Below the pieces are notes generated by a model, which saw nothing but the letters and a program-made list of their open reading frames with translations, was not told where the DNA came from and did not search any database. Positions 57,562 to 62,810 of a stretch of 62,810 nucleotides of DNA are shown here, piece after piece. Position numbers and translations under genes: made by a program. This DNA is from an uncultured Candidatus Poseidoniales archaeon (lineage in GTDB: Archaea; Thermoplasmatota; Poseidoniia; Poseidoniales; Thalassarchaeaceae), in the NCBI GenBank assembly GCA_964401115.1, contig CAYNXD010000073.1, forward strand, positions 1 through 62,810. The letters are read 5' to 3'. Every line of letters starts with the position of its first letter. The stretch's first letter is position 1.

Positions 57562-58119
57562 TTATCCCTCCCTTTTGTTAAGTGCTTTCTCAACCATATC
57601 GGCAACTTCTACAGCAGTTAGCGAGTCAGTTTCGATAATCATATTGTATGGTGACATGTCTTCAAGAGATATTCCGTAAAGTTTGTTATATCGCTTTTGA
57701 TCACTATCCATTCTTTCTCTAATTCTTGAAATCGCATCTTCCTGAGATCCCCCTTCTCGCTTAACCACTCTGTTCCCTCGCTCTTCAATTGAAACGGATA
57801 GCCAAAGTCTGATACATGAGATTTCTTGCCGGAATGCCCACCAACCACTCAATCTAGACTCAACTATCTCTGGGCCATCATCTTCTAACATAGATGAAAT
57901 CAATCTTTTATCTAGAGATTTATCAACATCTGGTTCATTATCACATAGAATTGAAAATTCTTCTAAACTAACCCCTCTTTCTTCAGCTGAAGTTCGAAAA
58001 ACTTCTCCTCCATTCAGGCTTTCCCAACCCCTTCTGTGGCATATTTCATCGACAAGAGTGGTGGTTCCACTTCCAGGGTGGCCGCTAACCGTTAGGAGGA
58101 CCATTATCATCGCCTCCAT
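57562..58119 (-). CDS. cmk: Archaeal-type cytidylate kinase
   Basis: SGHPGSGTTT P-loop and full-length resemblance to archaeal Cmk (…KREG…RYNKLYGISL.D.S.Y…). Confidence 0.88.
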   Translation of the reverse strand: MEAMIMVLLTVSGHPGSGTTTLVDEICHRRGWESLNGGEVFRTSAEERGVSLEEFSILCDNEPDVDKSLDKRLISSMLEDDGPEIVESRLSGWWAFRQEISCIRLWLSVSIEERGNRVVKREGGSQEDAISRIRERMDSDQKRYNKLYGISLEDMSPYNMIIETDSLTAVEVADMVEKALNKREG

Positions 58120-59048
58120 ACATTCCTACATATTTGGCATCTCAAGCGACCATCGGGTGCTCTTTCTACATCCTGCGAGTCGCAATCAGGGCAACTAGAG
58201 CCTTCCTTAGGTGGCGCTACAGAACCCCGCTCCTCAATTTTTTGTTCAGACTTTTCGTTAATTGCTCCGAATCTTTTTCTCGGACCATCCCTGCTACGAG
58301 TGGCTTTTCTTGTCGTAGTTTTTCCTGCTGCGTCTTGCAAATCTTTGAGGTATGGTTCAGGTATTGTATCGCCTGATAGGACTAAGGGGTGGGTTCTATA
58401 TCTGACCAATTTAATGTGCCTATCTACAACTCTCCCTAGGGGTGCTGATGTGGTTATGTATGTGATAATCCAAGCAGGGAAAAATAGTACTTTATCGTGT
58501 AACAAGTTCCATTCTGCAACCCATGGCAGGCTGACATAGTTAACTCGAAAAGACTCTACACTAATTGACATCCAAGAGAAAATAGCAATTATGAATACGA
58601 AAGTGAACATCATTGGTTTCATCATCGAGTTCTGTAATTTCATTTGCTCTGGCATTAATCTCTGCTGCAGTTTCTGTATCTTATCCATTCTAGCTTTGTC
58701 ACGATTTATTCGTGCCTCATTCATCAATTTTCTAATTTGTTTATTTCTATGTGCTAGGTGGGCTTGCTTCAGGGGGTCCATAAAAAAGGATCTAAATACA
58801 GTATTAACAATCATGATGGAAGAACCGACCAATGTCACAGTAATTACAAACCATATATCAGAAAAAGGAATAATTGGACTAAGTATTGAATCAGCGCCAT
58901 TTGCTAAGCCATTTCTTATTGATGGGTTGATGATTAGTACAGACATTAGAACCAAGAGTAGCAGCGGTGTCATCATTGAACCCATTCCGGGCAATGCTTC
59001 ATCCTCTGAGTCCTCAGGCATGGAACTGCGGCCATGCCGCAATCGCAT
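58107..59048 (-). CDS. DUF106 (Mj0480-type, YidC/Oxa1/EMC3-like) membrane insertase with basic linker and C-terminal zinc ribbon
   Basis: TM1, then coiled coil (KQIRKLMNEARINRDKARMDKIQKLQQRLMPEQMKLQNSMMKPMM), then TM2/3. Position upstream of cmk-cbf5 is conserved. C-terminus CPDC...CQIC. Confidence 0.65.
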   Translation of the reverse strand: MRLRHGRSSMPEDSEDEALPGMGSMMTPLLLLVLMSVLIINPSIRNGLANGADSILSPIIPFSDIWFVITVTLVGSSIMIVNTVFRSFFMDPLKQAHLAHRNKQIRKLMNEARINRDKARMDKIQKLQQRLMPEQMKLQNSMMKPMMFTFVFIIAIFSWMSISVESFRVNYVSLPWVAEWNLLHDKVLFFPAWIITYITTSAPLGRVVDRHIKLVRYRTHPLVLSGDTIPEPYLKDLQDAAGKTTTRKATRSRDGPRKRFGAINEKSEQKIEERGSVAPPKEGSSCPDCDSQDVERAPDGRLRCQICRNVWRR

Positions 59049-59145
59049 GAACCCTTCGTATGTAGTTGGACTTGAATTCGTTCTTACAAGCCAATTAAGT
59101 AATTACCATTGTAAATTAAATAATTTTTAATGCGGTAACTTTGAG

Positions 59146-60051
59146 ATGGGGTACCCCCCATCAGAAACTGATACAATGGCCAGCCCCGATGAAGTCTTGG
59201 CAACTGTTAGGGATGCTTTAGATGCCGGAGATTTAGAATTGGCTGAAAAAACTCTACGTGATGCAAGTAGGAATTGGAAGAGGGAACCGGAATTCGCAAT
59301 TCGCCACGCAAATATACTGGCTAGATTGGGTAGGCATGCCCAGGCGCTTAAGGTCTATAGAAAAGCAATGAAGAAGGCTCCTGAACGTTTGGACGCATGT
59401 AAAGGGGCTGCAGAATGCGCAATTCAGGTTGGTAATGGAAAACTTGCTGAGCGTTTATACAGCAGGGCAACAGGTCTTGGATTAAGTTTGGATGAAGCAG
59501 CATTAGGTATTTCCCGCTCCCTAATTATTCGATCACAACATCACCAGGCATGGGATAAGGCTTTGATTCAGTTTAATGCATCAGGAAATAAATCTAAGGA
59601 TTTACATTCTCTTTTGAAAGAGATTTCTGCACAAGTTGGTTCAAGTGTGCCACAATTAGATCAGTACGATTCTATTGAAATTGATTTCGAGTATGCAGAT
59701 AATCGTGCTGAAATGAGTGATGTTAATTTGTCAGACAACTCATATGAAGCTGGATCTATCGAAGCAATGGCTGGATTAGATAGAAATTCATTATTAGATT
59801 CTAGTAAATCGATAGATGATGAAATATTAATCGATTCAACTATTGGTTCAGGGAAGACTAATCTAGGTATTGACTTGTCAGCATTAAATATTTCAGAATC
59901 TGAAATCCAAGATAATGATGATTTTGTAAATAATAGCGATGAAGAATCAAAGTCTGAAAATAAATCTAAATCATCATTTTCAGATAGCCTTGAAGGTCCT
60001 GATGAGTTAGAATCAAGTGATGATCCCTTCGATGATTGGCCAGATGTATGA
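59146..60051 (+). CDS. TPR-repeat protein with long acidic S/D/E-rich tail
   Basis: N-terminal ~130 aa of TPR-like helices (LELAEKTLRDA..., AQALKVYRKAMKKAP...). Acidic low-complexity C-terminus. Confidence 0.6.
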   Translation: MGYPPSETDTMASPDEVLATVRDALDAGDLELAEKTLRDASRNWKREPEFAIRHANILARLGRHAQALKVYRKAMKKAPERLDACKGAAECAIQVGNGKLAERLYSRATGLGLSLDEAALGISRSLIIRSQHHQAWDKALIQFNASGNKSKDLHSLLKEISAQVGSSVPQLDQYDSIEIDFEYADNRAEMSDVNLSDNSYEAGSIEAMAGLDRNSLLDSSKSIDDEILIDSTIGSGKTNLGIDLSALNISESEIQDNDDFVNNSDEESKSENKSKSSFSDSLEGPDELESSDDPFDDWPDV

Positions 60052-60068
60052 CCATAATTAGTTAATAT

Positions 60069-62780
60069 TTATTCGAAATCAAATGAACATGTTCCACAAA
60101 CATTAGCTCCAGGAGCATTTACTGAACTACATATTGGACAGGTTCGCCCTTCTTCTTCGTCAGCTTCTTGAGGTTCATCCTCAGAATCATCGTCTTCAGT
60201 TGATACATTATCACCAGTGATTTGTGCTAGTGCTGCATCCATCGATGCCTCATCATCATTTTCTTCACCTTCTGAATCAGAATCCTCTTCTGAACCCTCT
60301 TCCTCTTCTGGTGTATCATCTTCATCATCTTGTTCATCTTCTTCTGAGCCAGCATCCTCTTCAGGTTCATCCTCATCATCTTCTTCAGTGTCACCTTCTG
60401 ATTCAATATCATCCTCAACTACATCTTCTGTTTCCTGCTCTTCGACATCCTCATCTTCTTCGGATTCATCATCTTGCGGGGGGGTTGGAATATCTACATC
60501 AAGTTCGTCTCCAAATGTTGCGCCATGGAATTCTTGTGCTTCGCTAACCTTGTATTCAGCATTAGAGTCCCCTACTAATTCGTAAATGACTTCAATTCTC
60601 TCATCTTTTTCAATTACTGGTATGTGCCAAGTAACCTTGATTCCATTTTCATCATCCGCTTTTTCCATATCCGCTTCCCGGACCCCAGAATCACTACGGA
60701 TATTGTATCCTTTAATCTCAAATGAACTTGGAACTATATCATGAATCAATAAGTCTTGAAGTGCAGAATCAGATTTATTTTTGAACATTATCAAAACTTC
60801 ATACCTTCCTGAACCTCCAGCAGGGTATACTTCCTTACCAGTACTGAATTTCCTTCTTTTGTGAATAACACGAATTGAAGGTACATCATCCACAACTCTT
60901 GTAGCTACTGGGCCATACCTCTCTGCACTAAAATCAGTTCTCATTGGGGCAGCGACCATGTCATTATCAGGTGTTGGATCTGGTGCAATTAGTGGATAAC
61001 TAATGCTCATTTCTTGGCCGGGTTCGAGTCCGATAGGACCTTTCGTTCCAATTGTAAGTTTCATTGTATGCCCTGGGCCATCCGGGCTAATCGCATCTTG
61101 CTCAAGAGTTACACCATCAGTCACCTCTATTCTGAATTGTTCCCTTACTAGCTCATTACCATCTATTGAACAAACAACTTGTTCAAGATCAGGGCTATTG
61201 AAAATTCCAGGTACATCGTCAGTTAGTCGCATAAGATTGATTGTTGCAGAACCTGTGTTTTTGATGGTTATTTCAGAATTAACTGTGGCCTCCCTGTAGG
61301 TTCTTAGAATGTCTGTTGAGTAGGTTTTATTCACCTCTGCCTCCAAAACCTCGATAGTATATTGTTCAAGTTCAATCGATCCTTCTGTAGAATGAGTTAC
61401 TCTAGGAATTACGGTAAAACCTAACTCTTGGTTGAAGTTTGGCTCTTCTGTGGCTGGCACTATTGCAACATCACTTTCCCATCTACCATCTGGATGTACG
61501 TCTTTCTCCACATCTGTGATATCGAAAAGAAGATCTTCGGAACCTGCTTGTTTTACTTGTAGTCTAACTAAATCCACTGCAAATGATGAACGATTTTCGA
61601 AGACGGCTTGACATCTCCAGTTGTCTGGTCTTTCGTCTTCCTCAACATCCATATAACTGAATCCACGGCAAAATGCATCAAGTTCAACTATTGACATTCC
61701 AGAAAGCGTTGCATCAGCATTGTATGTAGCAGTGGTCTTGCCAGCAGAAACTTCATCAATTACTTCAGTCATCAACTCAGCATTTAGTGGAAGTGTCCTC
61801 TTGCCGCCCGGAGAGATGTCTCCGACAAACCACGTTAGAGTATTCTTACCAATACTGTGAGATTCGCCCTCAGAAATTGTCATTTGTTCGGGTATTTCAC
61901 GATTAACTTCAACATTGTGAAGATCAACTGGTCCTACATTCTCAACCTCAAGTTCTATGATAATATTTTGAGCATCTTCCTGACAAACCGCCGAAGTGCT
62001 TCGCTCCTGTTCGCGTTCTGGTTTTGTATCGATACGTTCTCGAACTGAAAGCATTACAGGTCCTGAAACAGAATAATCACTGGTATGTGCTTGGCCAGCC
62101 TCAAGTTCTTGTAGTGGTTGATGGCTTTCATCTACGTTAGTAGAGCCCAACTTGCTTAGGAATATGTCAATGTCCCAAAGCCTATCTTTTTCGCTAGGGT
62201 TACTGATTGTCAGTGTTCCATCTACATTTTGCTCAATTACATCTCCATCAACAGATAGAGTTGCGTTTTCCGACTCGTGCAATGAACCTTCCAATTTATC
62301 TCCAGGAATTTGATCAACATCATCCAAAGCACGAATTTGGGCGCCAGCGTGAATGACATCCTCATCGGTATCCTCTGTTTGTGTATCATTTTCATCGCTT
62401 CCAGATTCATCAGACATTAGTGGAGCAGTCAAGGGGTCATGAATCTCAGAATCACTATCTTCAATTGATTCATCGGTTGAATCTAGTGGAGAGTGTTCCT
62501 CAGTATCAATTGACTCTTCACTGAGTTCATCCATTGCATTGGAAAATGCATCTTCAGCACTCGGTACATCTAGTAAATCTACATCAGGAGCCTCAATTTC
62601 GGAATCATCCTCTCCCTCAGAATCTTCTACAACAGGAGTAAGCAAATCAAGAGCTGCTGCAGGTGAAGGTGAATCATCCATTGGTGGTGGTGCATCCATA
62701 GGCGGTGGAGGTGGTGCAGCAGACATTGTTGGATCTGCTGTAGGAGTATACAAAGCATAATGAGGAGGAAAAGAATACAT
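60069..62780 (-). CDS. Large (903 aa) signal-less protein: Pro-rich/acidic N-terminus, several DUF11/CARDB-like beta-sandwich modules, ~110-aa poly-acidic tract, terminal zinc ribbon
   Basis: One uninterrupted ORF. PPPPPMDAPPPMDD at the N-terminus, repeated ..I.N.G....L...D..P.. modules, a D/E tract and CPICSS...CGTCSFDFE at the C-terminus. Confidence 0.7.
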   Translation of the reverse strand: MYSFPPHYALYTPTADPTMSAAPPPPPMDAPPPMDDSPSPAAALDLLTPVVEDSEGEDDSEIEAPDVDLLDVPSAEDAFSNAMDELSEESIDTEEHSPLDSTDESIEDSDSEIHDPLTAPLMSDESGSDENDTQTEDTDEDVIHAGAQIRALDDVDQIPGDKLEGSLHESENATLSVDGDVIEQNVDGTLTISNPSEKDRLWDIDIFLSKLGSTNVDESHQPLQELEAGQAHTSDYSVSGPVMLSVRERIDTKPEREQERSTSAVCQEDAQNIIIELEVENVGPVDLHNVEVNREIPEQMTISEGESHSIGKNTLTWFVGDISPGGKRTLPLNAELMTEVIDEVSAGKTTATYNADATLSGMSIVELDAFCRGFSYMDVEEDERPDNWRCQAVFENRSSFAVDLVRLQVKQAGSEDLLFDITDVEKDVHPDGRWESDVAIVPATEEPNFNQELGFTVIPRVTHSTEGSIELEQYTIEVLEAEVNKTYSTDILRTYREATVNSEITIKNTGSATINLMRLTDDVPGIFNSPDLEQVVCSIDGNELVREQFRIEVTDGVTLEQDAISPDGPGHTMKLTIGTKGPIGLEPGQEMSISYPLIAPDPTPDNDMVAAPMRTDFSAERYGPVATRVVDDVPSIRVIHKRRKFSTGKEVYPAGGSGRYEVLIMFKNKSDSALQDLLIHDIVPSSFEIKGYNIRSDSGVREADMEKADDENGIKVTWHIPVIEKDERIEVIYELVGDSNAEYKVSEAQEFHGATFGDELDVDIPTPPQDDESEEDEDVEEQETEDVVEDDIESEGDTEEDDEDEPEEDAGSEEDEQDDEDDTPEEEEGSEEDSDSEGEENDDEASMDAALAQITGDNVSTEDDDSEDEPQEADEEEGRTCPICSSVNAPGANVCGTCSFDFE
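60147..60473 (-). repeat. Low-complexity poly-acidic (D/E) coding tract
   Basis: GAA/GAT/GAG-rich run. It generates the Ser-rich antisense ORFs at 60217..60585. Confidence 0.8.
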
Positions 62781-62810
62781 TAAATATTAAGTAACAAAAG
62801 AAAAAAAAGA

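Noticed and set aside
60217-60585. Ser-rich and His/Leu-rich ORFs on the + strand (122 and 107 aa), and a 63-aa minus-strand ORF
   Set aside because: They are mirror-image or off-frame readings of the GAA/GAT/GAG codon run that encodes the poly-acidic tract of the 903-aa protein. The same effect explains 4303..4596 opposite the S3Ae acidic linker.

Overview
Gene-dense, AT-rich chromosomal segment from an archaeon. No composition was computed, and coordinates of features absent from the ORF track were hand-counted. Archaeal identity rests on aCPSF1/FttA, proteasome beta, S3Ae, aEF-1beta, Rpo11, Cbf5, archaeal Cmk, a DUF106/YidC-like insertase, ZPR1, SepF, a type-A RNase P RNA and three tRNAs (Pro-UGG, Lys-CUU, His-GUG). 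These sit beside bacterial-type genes: thyA-folA, a PlsC-like acyltransferase, BdbC-type DsbB, VKOR, RibA and two COG1033/MMPL exporters. Several very large acidic secreted or anchored proteins are also present. This mix suggests a planktonic Thermoplasmatota lineage such as Marine Group II/III, which is an untested inference. I call about 65 CDS. Many starts were moved downstream of the track ORF start to the first plausible ATG, often behind a GGAGG/GAGGTG Shine-Dalgarno-like motif. I saw no rRNA, CRISPR array, transposase, integrase or recognisable defence or toxin-antitoxin module. This looks like core genome rather than an accessory island. The most system-like unexplained items are listed here. 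(1) 37998-41448: an oxidative protein-folding island with both a VKOR homologue and a BdbC-type DsbB plus two CxxC thioredoxin-fold proteins. (2) 29449-36246: a same-strand GT2 / MMPL exporter / surface SGNH(GDSL)-hydrolase run with eight thrombospondin-type-3 repeats. (3) Unusual fusions: TusA-RibA, S3Ae-SAP, and YidC-like insertase with a basic tail and zinc ribbon. (4) A PdaD-like protein with its pyruvoyl-forming Ser-Ser replaced. (5) An in-frame TAA splitting a saccharopine-dehydrogenase-like gene. (6) An archaeosortase-family protein with no obvious cognate sorting signal in the window. All family assignments come from motif recognition by eye and need HMM or BLAST confirmation.
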